Origin: Podarcis erhardii
Taxonomy: Eukaryota
DNA: 64,000 nt
Assembly (NCBI GenBank): GCA_964252035.1
Contig: OZ176204.1
Direction: 5' to 3' (one strand)
In this document: in pieces, positions 1-11,297 of the stretch
How positions within the stretch are numbered: the stretch's first letter is position 1
How the letters are laid out: every line of letters starts with the position of its first letter
Translations under genes and position numbers: made by a program
The notes under the pieces: model-generated
The model's database searches: none
What the model was told of the DNA's origin: nothing
The model's input: the letters and a program-made list of their open reading frames with translations, nothing else

Positions 1-371
1 GTTAAATATTAATTTGAATTGAAAAGTGCCTTGTCTATTCAGCAAGATTATAGAAACCCCCCTGCACCTCAGCATTTTCATTTATTCTTTCCAATGTGCC
101 ATTGGGGAGTTGAAAGTATACCTACACCCTGACTACTGATGATTCCTAGGCCAAAGTTCATAACTATTATGCTTGCCTATTTGTTTCTCATGACAGGGTG
201 GATTATTATTTAATACTGAGGGCCACATCAGGCATTCCCCACGCCCACCAAATTTTCAGACTTCACGCATTATGATTTTCTGCATAGATAATTTTCAGTG
301 TGAGAAAATATATCTTAATGAGCACACCCTGCCTGATTTGCTGTGTTCAGGTTCAACAGGGTGCATGTGTA

Positions 372-597
372 CAGTGGTACCTCGGGTTACAGACGCTTCA
401 GGTTACAGACTCTGCTAACCCAGAAATAGTACCTCGGGTTAAGAACTTTGCTTCAGGATGAGAACAGAAATCGTGCTCCGGCGGCCCGGCAGCAGTGGGA
501 GGCCCCATTAGCTAAAGTGGTGCTTCAGGTTCAGAACAGTTTCAGGTTAGGAACGAACCTCCAGAACGAATTAAGTTCTTAACCCGAGGTACCACTG
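372..597. mobile_element. Tc1/mariner (Tigger/pogo-like) MITE, copy 1
   Basis: Perfect 18-bp TIRs CAGTGGTACCTCGGGTTA / TAACCCGAGGTACCACTG, TA on both sides (370-371, 598-599), internal repeated CTTCAGGTT units, no ORF. Same family as 16048-16289. Confidence 0.9.
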
Positions 598-1421
598 TAT
601 TTGAGACTCAGGTATGCATACCTAAGGACAAAAAGTCAAATGGAAATCAGCTCCCAAAGGCAGGCAATTCTCGAATTATAGAAGCTGCACTGAAACCAAT
701 AAGTTCCAGATGTTGATGGTGACTGGAGGTTTAATTGAATTTAGCAGTTTTTAATATTCAACCTAGGGCACTGAAATATCTAAGGCACTAACCTTATTTG
801 GCAAACTGTGTTTTTGTTCCTCATCAGCCTTATGATAAAAATAAAAAATAGCATGAGTTAATTGTATTCTGTTTCCTTTAAACAATGATGGGACGCTGTG
901 GGTTTTTTGTTTTGGTGTGAGTTTTCATACTGCTATCACTTTTTCCAAACGCAGGAAATCTATGTCCCATTCTTCTTCTGAAAAAGCAAGAGTGAGTTTA
1001 TCTTGGGAATTCAGAGCTATGAATGGTGTTAAGTCTTTCTTTCTAAAATGGAAAGAGTTGCTAAGCTCAGATTGTCAGCAAGAGCTTGTGTGGTTCTTGA
1101 TATTTGCAAAATTTCCATGTCACACTGTTTCAGCTCACCCAGAATCCCAGAGTTATTTTGACACCAGGAAGTAGCTAGGTGGAAAAGTAATCATATTTTT
1201 TTATTGTACCGAGAACAATTTGCTTTGCCAATAATTAGGTGAACTTCCTTTTTGTTGCTATTGTACATATTTTGAAACAGAACTTTTCCCCAATCTTTGG
1301 TTCTTGTTTGATTTGTGTCACCATACTATTTCCACAGAAATAGTTAGTGTCACAAAGGTCAGGATTAGGGACAAAACAGGAAGAAGGGGAGAGCTATGAA
1401 AAAGAAAGAAAATGTGTAAAC

Positions 1422-1986
1422 CAGAGGTTTTCAACCTTTTTGAGTCCACAACTCTTTTGACAAACTACATTCTTTCTACAGCACCCCTGTGGGGCTCAGG
1501 AGCCCAGTTATGTCACCCCTTGCCTGCAGAGCTGGCAGCCCCTCTCCCTTTTTCAAACACCCTCCCTTGTGGAGTTTTCCCTCAGCCTCCTCTCCTCTCC
1601 CTTCTCCTTGGGAGTCCTCCAGGCAGTCTCTGAGGTGGCCCCTGCCCCAAAGAGAGGTGTCTCCTCACACTGTCCATTCCCAAGAGCAAGGGCTGGAGGA
1701 CTAGTTGGTTGGGCTCCCTTGCTTGTTTGCTTACTCTGAGGCTGCCTCAGCTCCTGGCAACCAGCACCCCCTGACCAGCCAGCCCCAGAGGCACCATTCA
1801 CCTGCAGAACTTGTAGCCAGGGCTGCTGCAACAAACAGCTGTGCAAGCCTTGGGAGGCAGAGATGCAAGAGGGCATCAGAGGAGGGAGGAAAGGAAAGAG
1901 GGACAGAGTCCAGTGTTGCCTGTGGAACCCCTGACCATCATCCAAGGCACCCCAGGGTGCTACGGCACACTGACTGAAAACCGATG
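1422..1986. mobile_element. Non-autonomous hAT element (degenerate)
   Basis: Begins CAGAGGTTTTCAACCTT, ends with degenerate inverse ACTGAAAACCGATG; 8-bp flanks GTGTAAAC (1414-1421) / GTGTAAAT (1987-1994), as expected for a hAT TSD. Confidence 0.65.
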
Positions 1987-3479
1987 GTGTAAATCATTTG
2001 GCTTTATTTATCTACACAGTCATGCCAATGGGGTAAATTACAGTAGCTTACAGTAAGGATGACAGGCTGATGTAGCAAGGAGCTCAAGTGGTGGAACAGA
2101 AGTCCCCCACCCACCCAAAGCACCTTTTATACTGATTTTTCCAGAAGGACGAAAGCCACATTTAATTCATACCTTCTAAGCTTAATCCTGACAATAGGCC
2201 TGGAAGGATAGCAGAGTTGATAGTATCCAAACCTACTGTGAGGTCTAGGGGAAAACCACATGGTTGCGTTCCACTCCCATCCATTCCCCAGGGTAAGACA
2301 TCTCAGAGGTCCATAAGCCCACCTGCGCCCTGGTAGATTTCACAGTAGCATGGATCCAGGGAGCACCTGGTAGCTCATAGCCCTCCAAGAAGGATGTCCA
2401 CATCCTCAGGTTGCACAAGCCAAAAAGTAGCCCTTGCAGTGTGCTCAGGTGGTGTGCCAATCCCATCCATTTCAGCCCCTGTACCAATTATAGCATCCAA
2501 GTTGATATGGGTATGAGTGGCCTTATCTGTAAAATGTATGGGAAACTCATCGCAGCAGGCCTCCAGGGGTTCTAGGTCTCCTCACCTCCCTATATTAATA
2601 CAAGGGCCTTCATGACCTGAACTAGCTTTGCTCTGTGACATTGAACAGCTGCATTGGTGTTGGAGAAGTAATATTTTGTCACCACCACCTCACCACTGTT
2701 TGAATCAAACTCTAGTGTTTCATACTTTCTCTTGGTAGAACAGGTTGTCATAGGCACCTAAACTTGGAATATATTGCCATCCATTTAAATTTGTTGATTT
2801 ATCATTCATTTTAATTAATTACCTGATTAGGTATCTGGTTTAAATTTAAGTCATTTTACATATTACAACACTTTCAATTTAAGGTCTTGTTCGATGACAC
2901 TGACAGAATCAAAAGTACTATTCATTATTAGAAAGGCAATTTAAATATTTCCTTCCCTAATAAGTAATTAAAATAGCTTCAAATTAGGCATGTGTTCCCC
3001 TAGCTCATTGTGCGACTGAATAAAAACTGTACTGTACTAAAGTTTTAAGTTGACTGAACTGTTTAAAATGAGCGACTTTCATTGTTGTTTCTTCATTTTC
3101 CCATGTACTTGGTCTGTTTCTTTGCTCTTTCATTCTCTTGTTGGTTTCTTTTTAATTCTGCCTGCTTCACAGACAAGAGGTTATGATATGCACAGTCTGT
3201 TACGCATATACTTAATTTATTCATGTTATTACATTTATGGACCACATTTCTTCCATCATGGAACCCAAGATTACGTACATGTTGTTCCCGGGTAATTATC
3301 TGGCTGCACTGAGACTTTCTACAAGTACTCATTACATAAACAGGTTTTATGGGAAGTCTACCTACTATAGGGCCGAACTTTCTACCCCAGGCAACCCACA
3401 GTAGTTGTGTTTGCTTTTGCTGTCTCGTTTTCCTCCCCACTCCCCCTTAAGCTTGGTGCTATCTCTGTTGCTTGAGAAG

Positions 3480-3523
3480 AAGGAAGGAAGGAAGGAAGGA
3501 AGGAAGGAAGGAAGGAAGGAAGG
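3480..3523. repeat. (AAGG)11 microsatellite
   Basis: Directly visible tandem array. Confidence 0.95.
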
Positions 3524-4759
3524 GGAGGTTGATGTTGCAGGGTACAAAGACCAGCCAGGCAGCAAACTCTCATAGAATCAGTGCAGAAAAAGCCAACTAA
3601 CCATTCCTCTCCCACGCCAACCATGGGTTACTCTTTCAGCAGATGGTTCAAGGTACCACATCTGGCAAGTTTATCTATCTGCTGACCAGGATCTACTACT
3701 TGCTAAGTAGTTTATTTAAGTTACGGTACTCTGACACTTTTCTGCAGAGTTTTGGGTGAAATGATTTTGTGTGTATGTGGTTTGTTTTTTTAAAAAGATG
3801 GCATGAATTTTTATCTTCTGACATTCTCAGAGAGAAAATACGGGACTATCTATGAGAACCCATTTTTATTCACTGGGCATTTTTAACTTCTTAGTTTTTG
3901 TTGATTTTGAAAATCTGTTATTCTATTATTGTTTACTTGTATTGTGCTACAAATGGGCTGCTCACTGCCCTGAAATCCAGATAGGATGAAGTGGAGTGTA
4001 AATATTTAAAACGAAGAGCTAATTCATCCTGTAACAATTCAACATTCTGAATATTCCTGATGACTGATCTCTTTGGTGGGAAGTGGTATTTTTCACCGCA
4101 TGATCTATCAAATATCTTTTGGATAATAATGTCACCATGAATAAATAGATCATATACATATTGTGTGATCACCTATCATTTTTTTCAGCAGAGGGAAATG
4201 TAGCTCACTTAGGAGCGGTATATACAGTATGTGCATTACGTATGGGGATGTGTTAATCCTTTCAGCTGCAATGGAAATATTACTTTTAATGTCAGACTGC
4301 CTCTTGCTATGCAGAGAAATACCACAGTCATCACTGATTCATAGAGATGCTTTCCTTTTAATTATACATCCAATATGAATGAGATTTAAAGTTGCATTAT
4401 GTTATACAAGAAGTAATCTTAGAACATTCTGGATGGAGTCATTTCCTGTCCAAATTCCTCAGCAACCGAAGAAATGAGAAATTCTATATTGCTGCCACCA
4501 CTACCCAGGCATAAGCAAGATCATTATTCCAGGAATTTGCCCTTTTCTGCTATTTGAAGCTTTTCACTTAATTAATTAAAACTTTAAACCGAGAAAATTG
4601 GCAGGGCTTTGCGTGTTTTCCTTTTGTCCAAAACAACACTGCATGCCCCTGAAATTCAGGAATAACCTGTATTTTTCTAAAATGCCCATGCTGGGAACTA
4701 GCTGTGCTTTCGTTCTGGTTACCATAAAACAAGTAATCCTTACAAAACCCAAGATCCTG

Positions 4760-5376
4760 AGCCAGAATTAATCCTCGTCATTTGAGCAACTTCAGGTGCT
4801 TTTGCCAGACACGAATTTGCCCCATTTACTCTACGGCAGTCGTTAAATTTTAGTGCTCGCATCAGGCTGCAATAAATCGAGAAAGCACTTTGGGCTTGAC
4901 GCAACCTCTTTTGAAGGGAGATATTATTGACACCTTCTCTCTCTCTCTCTCTCACTCTCTCTCTGTCTCTCTGGGCCTTAAATGCGACCCTGGGTTTGTG
5001 GTACGCGGCGTGCTCTCCAACTGGTGTCGAGCAAAGAGGTCATGAGCAACAAAACAATTAGGATGAAATCATGAGCTACATTTGTAAACGAGGGAGCAGG
5101 CTTCTTGGCAGGGTGTCAGCCGCTAGAGAGCTGGAGTCCGGAGTGCACATCCCACTCTCCTCTGTTTGAGTCACTCATCTGTGTTTATATGAGTAACGGA
5201 GCAGCTGAGGGGGAGGGGATTTGTAAGCGCCAAGCAAATACTCCGAGCGCTCATTCTGTGTAAGACTGACATGCACACCGAGTCGAGACTACTTCCAGGG
5301 ATGTAGTGAGCGCGCAGTCACATGCTGTAGCATTCATGAGTAGAGAGATAAATCAAGCAGATGTTTGTCGACTGGA
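4760..5376 (+). promoter_or_regulatory. ARID5B: Putative internal promoter and 5'UTR of the short ARID5B isoform
   Basis: Local CpG enrichment versus flanks, (CT)n tract ~4935-4970, TGACGCAA (C/EBP-CRE hybrid) 4897-4904, AP-1 TGAGTCA 5167-5173, directly upstream of ATGG|GTAATA. TSS cannot be placed from sequence. Confidence 0.55.
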
Positions 5377-5380
5377 ATGG
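5377..5380 (+). CDS. ARID5B: ARID5B short-isoform alternative first exon, coding part (ATG G)
   Basis: GGAATGG|GTAATA: strong Kozak (-3 G, +4 G), donor GT at 5381, in-frame upstream stop TAG 5341-5343. Splicing to 6735 gives ATG GCG CCA AAT = MAPN, matching the N-terminus I recall for the mammalian short isoform. Confidence 0.75.
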
Positions 5381-6734
5381 GTAATAATTTCTTTTACTCT
5401 CTCTTGATCCCCTCCTCCCTTTTTCCTTTCCTCCCCCCCCCCCTTTTCGCATGCTAGCCTCAGATGCCAAACCTTGGAGTTGCTTTCTAAAACACTTAGC
5501 GGCAGGCAGTGCTGAAGCATGAAACATTGTGGGGGCGAGGGAAGAAGGTTTGGGGTGGGACCTTTGCTTTTAAGCTGAGGGGTGATGTGTTTGTTTTGTT
5601 TTCGTTCTCCACTTGAACCACTGCCAGCAGGAAACTGGGTTTTTCTTCTTCTTCTCCAGAGCATCAGTATCAAATTATAGCAGCCTTGCATCTGAGAGCT
5701 AATTAAAATGTAAAATGTCCTGAAACCACTTGTGTGACAAATGTAAGATTAGAAACAATTAGAAGCCACTCGAGACGCTTGTGGTGTTTAGATTTCTGAC
5801 ATTATTATAACCGTCCCTGGAAGTAATGAAAACAATGGTTACTTTAAAAGAGGAGGGGGGTTTACAGCAAGTTATCTCCACTATAATCACAAGTTAATGA
5901 TTGTTTATCGTTTTTAATGTTGTTGAAGTCCGGTGACTGAGCACACAAGGGTCACTTTTCTTACAGAACAAAACAACTACTTCATTCTTTTCCTCATAGT
6001 TTTGTCATAATCAGCATTATATTGTGTGTGTGTGCGTGCCCGTGTTTAAAAGACATCTAAATGTGTGTTTTCCTTGTTTGACCTATATGTAGTATATACT
6101 AGTTATCAAAGCAGAACTCAGAGTTTTTCTGTATTGTGGAATCTCTCAGCTCTTTTAAAAAAGACTTGAAGTGTAGTATTAAAGAGACTGATCTGATAAA
6201 GTGAGGATTGCATTTCTGTTTGTCTCATGCCTTTAGCGGTTGAACTGTACTGTACAGAAGTACCAATCAATTATTTTGTTCTTTGTGCTATATATGGAAG
6301 TGGTTGCTTTTTTCAACTTAGAAAATCTTTGACACACATAAACATTGCCTAATCAAATACCTTCTACTATAAGGAAATTCCCAGAAGAAGGAATCAAGTT
6401 AATGCTTACATTTTACATAATAAAATGGATGTATAAAAGATGTTCGCCCATCTGATCTTTGTTTTGCAAGAGAGCAATTTATGCTTTCTCAATATTCATT
6501 TGGATCCTTGTCATATGTTAATAGCAACAGATTAGCTGGGGTGGCAGGAAATATAATGTAGAAATATGTGACCTAGAAACAGTTCTACTACTGGCAATAA
6601 CATGCTTGTTTATTATAGGGAGACGTAGGCTGCTTCAAGGTGCATGCTTGTTTTTGAAGACTGCTCAACTGGTGTTCAGCTGTGTTACCCCTTTGTAAGA
6701 AATTGTGCTGAAATTGTTGCCTGTTTGTTTTCAG

Positions 6735-6847
6735 CGCCAAATCTTAAAGGCAGACCACGCAAAAAGAAGTCATGCCCACAGAGAAGAGATTCACTCAGTG
6801 GCTTTAAAGATTCCAATAATAATTGTGAAGGCAAGGCTGTTGCCAAG
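6735..6847 (+). CDS. ARID5B: ARID5B exon (human exon 5 equivalent), 113 nt: APNLKGRPRKKKSCPQRRDSLSGFKDSNNNCEGKAVAK
   Basis: ttttcag| acceptor, AAG|GTAAGA donor; peptide closely matches ARID5B; phase 1 to phase 0. Confidence 0.95.
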
Positions 6848-7589
6848 GTAAGACATTTAGTAATTTTCATCCAACTTCAATTTTGCCTTTCTTTTCCAGT
6901 ATAGCATTTCAAAGTAGGGATCGTCCCCACCTGCCTCTCTTTTAAATGAAAATCAATATGGGTTGCAGTTGTTTGAGTGGGTGGGCTTCCTCTCTCCCCC
7001 CCCCTTTTACATTTTTTTTGTCTGCATTATCAGGAGCACTTTGGGAAAATAATCTTTGTTTAAAACTTCTGTTGAGATTTACTATAATTGCACACATATG
7101 ACATGTTATTGGTATGTCACCTTTTCATAGTTAAAACCATGCTCAAGGCAGCTTACAAACTGAAAAAAATACATAATTACAAATGTAGCAAAAGTAGTCA
7201 AAAACAATAAATAAAACCTCAGAAGGTACACAACCAAATTAAACCATATCCACATAAATCATAATAAGATCTAAAGTAAACATACAAAAATTGGTATCGA
7301 AAACAGCAACAACAATACCCCGGCAACAACAACCCATAAAAAATACCCCAACGCAGCCCCAGCTTTTGTAGCTGGAGTCAGTCAGGGCCCTGCCCACCCA
7401 GGCCAGTTGGAAAAAGGCCTGCAAGGCAGGGAGCAGAAGCCTCCATTTCTGTAGCTGGAGTCAGTGCAGCCCATCTGTCTTGAACACCATAGTTTCCTTC
7501 AATACTATTTATCTGAAACATTTGTAAGCTGCTTTCACAAGTGACCCCAAAGTGATTTCCATGTAACAAAAGGATATAAAAAACCCCAC

Positions 7590-7785
7590 TTGATTTATTA
7601 ATTACTATCTAGCCTTTCCTCCAAAGAGCTGAAGGGCACTGTACATGGTTCTCCATTTTACCACCAGCCCTGTGAGGCCGGGGTAGAAGGTCACCCTAAG
7701 TGAGTGGTTTTCTCTCATGGCTGAGTGGGAGTTGAACTTGGGTCTCCCCCGTGCTAGTCCAACATTCAAACATCTGTACTATGTT
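7590..7785 (-). mobile_element. tRNA-derived MIR-like squamate SINE with L2-type tail (degenerate)
   Basis: Minus strand reads GTTGGACTAG...CAAGTTCAACTCCCACTCAGCCATG...GGGTGACCTT...CTCTTTGGAGGAAAGG...AATAAAT. Boundaries approximate. Confidence 0.55.
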
Positions 7786-8659
7786 GAAAATTAAATTGCT
7801 CAAAGCCCTTCTTAGTTGCCTCTCAAATATAATTTGAAAATAACCATATATGAAACGGGAACTTCTGTTGAGTAACAGATTACAGCAAACACACACAAAA
7901 ATGTTACCTAGAATAACGTTGCTGTTCGTCTTTAGAAAAGTTGAAAAGGAAATTCAGAGTGCAAGTTAATATTCTGGACAAGGTCTTTTAAACACATCTC
8001 CTTATGCTTGAACCATCTATGGGTCTCGGATTACCATGGGTTGGTTTGCATGCACATGTTAATCACCTGATGAATCATCAAGTGATGACTTGTATGCATG
8101 AATGAGCCATCAGAAACCCTCCAGATATCACCTCCCATCACTTCAGTTACAATGGCACAACGTACAGTATAATGACCATGCACACTGCTGGAAATGGGAT
8201 AACTATTGGGATAAGTCACTTGGCTATGTTTGTAATACGAAGCACCAGCCAACTCTTCTTGTAGAAGAGTTTCCACGTCAGTATTTAATGCCTATCAGAA
8301 GGCAGAATTAAGCAGTTTCTGCATGAATTTTCTAATGTGAGATATCAGTTTGCATGTCAAAGTCCCAGCCATCAGAAGGAGAGAAATCAACTGATGTACT
8401 TGCATGGTGGACCTAGTTTGGAGTGTATTTCCACCAAGCAATTATTTTGTGCGTTCTCCATCCATATCATGGAGAGTTGTGCTGCCCTCTTTTGCAGCCT
8501 CTGTTGAAGTGAATGGATGCTACATGACTGGTTGGCTGGCTGAATGTATAGCAATTTGAAGACAATATTATTGTGCTCAAATATTTAAATTTCTGAAGTG
8601 CTGAAAGCTCTTGTTGCTGAGGCTTTCAGTGGGCTATTTACAGTGATGTACTAGCTACC

Positions 8660-9016
8660 TTGGGACGTGGGTGGCGTTGTGGTCTAAACCACGGAGCCTA
8701 GGGCTACCTGATCAGAAGGTCGCTGGTTTGAATCCCCACAACGGGGTGAGCTCCCGTTGCTTGGTCCCTGCTCCTGGCAACCTAGCAATTCGAAAGCATG
8801 TAAAAGTGCAAGTAGATAAATAGGTACCGATGTGGCAGGAAGGTAAACGGCATTTCCGTGCGCTGCTCTGGTTTGCCAGAAGCGGCTTAGTCATGCTGGC
8901 CACATGACCCAGAAGCTGTACGCTGGCTCTCTCGGCCAGTAAAGCGAGGTGAGCGCCGCAACCCCAGAGTCGTTCGCGACTGGACCTAATGGTCAGGGGT
9001 CCCTTTACCTTTACCT
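8660..9016 (+). mobile_element. Sauria SINE, full length
   Basis: tRNA-like head GGGACGTGGGTGGCGTTGTGG...GGTTTGAATCCCC, Bov-B-type tail CCCTTTACCTTTACC, 11-bp TSD TACTAGCTACC (8649-8659 / 9017-9027). Confidence 0.9.
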
Positions 9017-11261
9017 TACTAGCTACCATGTCAATCTGCATTTCAAGTATGTTTGTACAAATTTAAAGCAGTTTAAACACCAATGGATACTTCAATCACT
9101 TCTTATTTGTCCTGTCCAAATTGTATGATGAAGCCAGTTTTGTTTTCATATAGGCCTCCTGAGCTTGTAAAAGATTTGTGGCATACAGAATTACAGCAGA
9201 TACTCATTTTTCAATCCTTTCTTCTCTGTCCTGGGTTGGGGGTCAGGGTGAGAAGTGTTTAGCACTGGAGCCCTGTCAGGGGAAAAAAAGGTTAGCACCT
9301 CTGGATTATGCAGTTTGGACAAGCCAAATGGCAGTCTGATTGGAAGGATCAGAAAGCATTGCCAAGAAAAGTTCTATGTCCTAGAAAATACTTAATTGAC
9401 CTTAGAAAACTTTCCAAATGTGCTGAATTTTTTGGGAAATACAGGTGACTTTTGTGGAACCAACCTCATATCTGAGATCTTTTATGGTGCTTAGTTGGGT
9501 TTTGTATGTGTTTTTCGCATTGGCCTACTCCACACGTCACAGTAAGCCAAACTATAAATCTTGGCTATGGCTTGTGGTTAGGGAGCAGAGAGCTTAACTA
9601 AGAGCCCAGATTCAAACAGCATGCTAACTAAACTTTCCCTTAGCTCAGTGCTGTGTTGGGAGTGAAAAGGTTTGGGGAGAGGCAAAACCATTTGCAAGCT
9701 TCTCTCCAGGAGCCCACGTATTCACACAGTTCCAGTAAGTCATAGTTTGGCATACCGTACTGTGATGTGCAAACCAAGCAATTGAATGTCTTGAGTTGAG
9801 CCCATTAATTTAAGACTCTAAGAGGTCAAATGTCTTGAGTTGTATTTTGTACTTTTCTTGCAATTGTTTTATTAGCATTGCCTCCTTGATATTTCACTGA
9901 TATTGACACAATGGGATGGAACAAACAAAGCTCTAAAGGTAAAATCATGAGGGTTTTGTCATTAATTTTTGCATTGCTCAGTCTTTGGTGCCTTGTGGTG
10001 TGGCTAGTACTTAAGTTGTTTGTAATATGATGAACTGGTATCACATTATACAGAGGTGTTGGTTAAAAAGCTGATTTTTGATGTTTGACAGCTTTGCGAC
10101 CTCCATAAAATGTTATGGGACTTTCTCAGGTTTCCATTGTTGTGGAGTGCATAAAAGCTCAAAGATCCTGCTATGCAGATGCCCTACTTTTGTTGAATTT
10201 TGCAAACTCTTTATCTGCCGTATTCAATTTGCCCTTCATGAACTATGGGCATAAACAATTCAACATCCTCTAAGTGGAGTATCTTCTGCACGTGAAGCAG
10301 TGTGCCAGAGGACCATTAAAAACAACCACAAAACTAATACTGTTTTTATGGTATGTGAACTGCGCCCCACCCTCTGTTAACATGAAGAGATACCTGCTTT
10401 CACATAGCTGTCTGCATCTTTTACTGGAAGACCTTTCTCAATGTGCCACCTACCACTGAGCGTGAAGTTGGTTACGTCTTGGAGGTGGTTCTTAGTGGTG
10501 GAAGTCTCATGATTGTAGAACCTCCCTTTCCTCTATGAAGACTGCCTAGCTAAAATTTTGTTGTTCTTTCAGGAGGCTTATGGGAACATGTTAGAAACAT
10601 TGTAATTGACTGGTTTAATTGTGGTTTTCTTACAGATTTGTATTTGTTTTATTCTTATTTAATTGTTGTTTTAAATGCAGTATGTTGTAACCTTCTTTGA
10701 GTTCACCTAGTAACAAAGGGTTAGGACAGAAACCACATGAATGAATGAATTGCATCATTCATTAGCCTCCTTAAGATTTTTGAACTTGGGCTGGTGGCAT
10801 CCTTGAATGAATCATGAAATTATATTTAGTTCTGGACCAGTAATGCTATCATTCTCGGACACATGGCTATCTATGCATAGCTTATGCATAACACTGAGAG
10901 GGGTGGTGCTGTAATTCCACAGGGAAGGAGCAGTTTGAGCCCCACTCTTCCATGCGGAGAGCCTGTGGTGTTAACTGGGCTCTCCATAGCATTGTACAGA
11001 GCCCCTCCCAATGCCAACATGAATATCCCCTGTGCCTTTCCTCCCCCTGCTGCAAAAGATGCTCCTGTCCACAGCATTGGCTGACAATACCGAATAGACC
11101 CCCAGTTGAGCATATTACTGGAGCCCAGCAGATGAAATGGGAAGCAAATGACAGCAAAGACTTAAAAAGCCATTGCATATGGTCCTTGCTGAATTTTGGC
11201 TACACATCCTGCATATTCCCTGCTCAGATTCTAAATGTCATATTTAAAGCTGTCATGGAGC

Positions 11262-11264
<3 letters not shown>

Positions 11265-11296
<32 letters not shown>
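11265..11296. repeat. (AC)16 microsatellite
   Basis: Directly visible. Confidence 0.95.

Positions 11297-11297
<1 letters not shown>

Noticed and set aside
1-4700. Upstream ARID5B exons 1-4
   Set aside because: No matching peptide seen; this appears to be intron 4 of the long isoform, whose earlier exons lie outside the window.
9785-9842. 14-bp direct repeat AATGTCTTGAGTTG around 30 bp
   Set aside because: Too short to assign; probably a small local duplication or repeat remnant.
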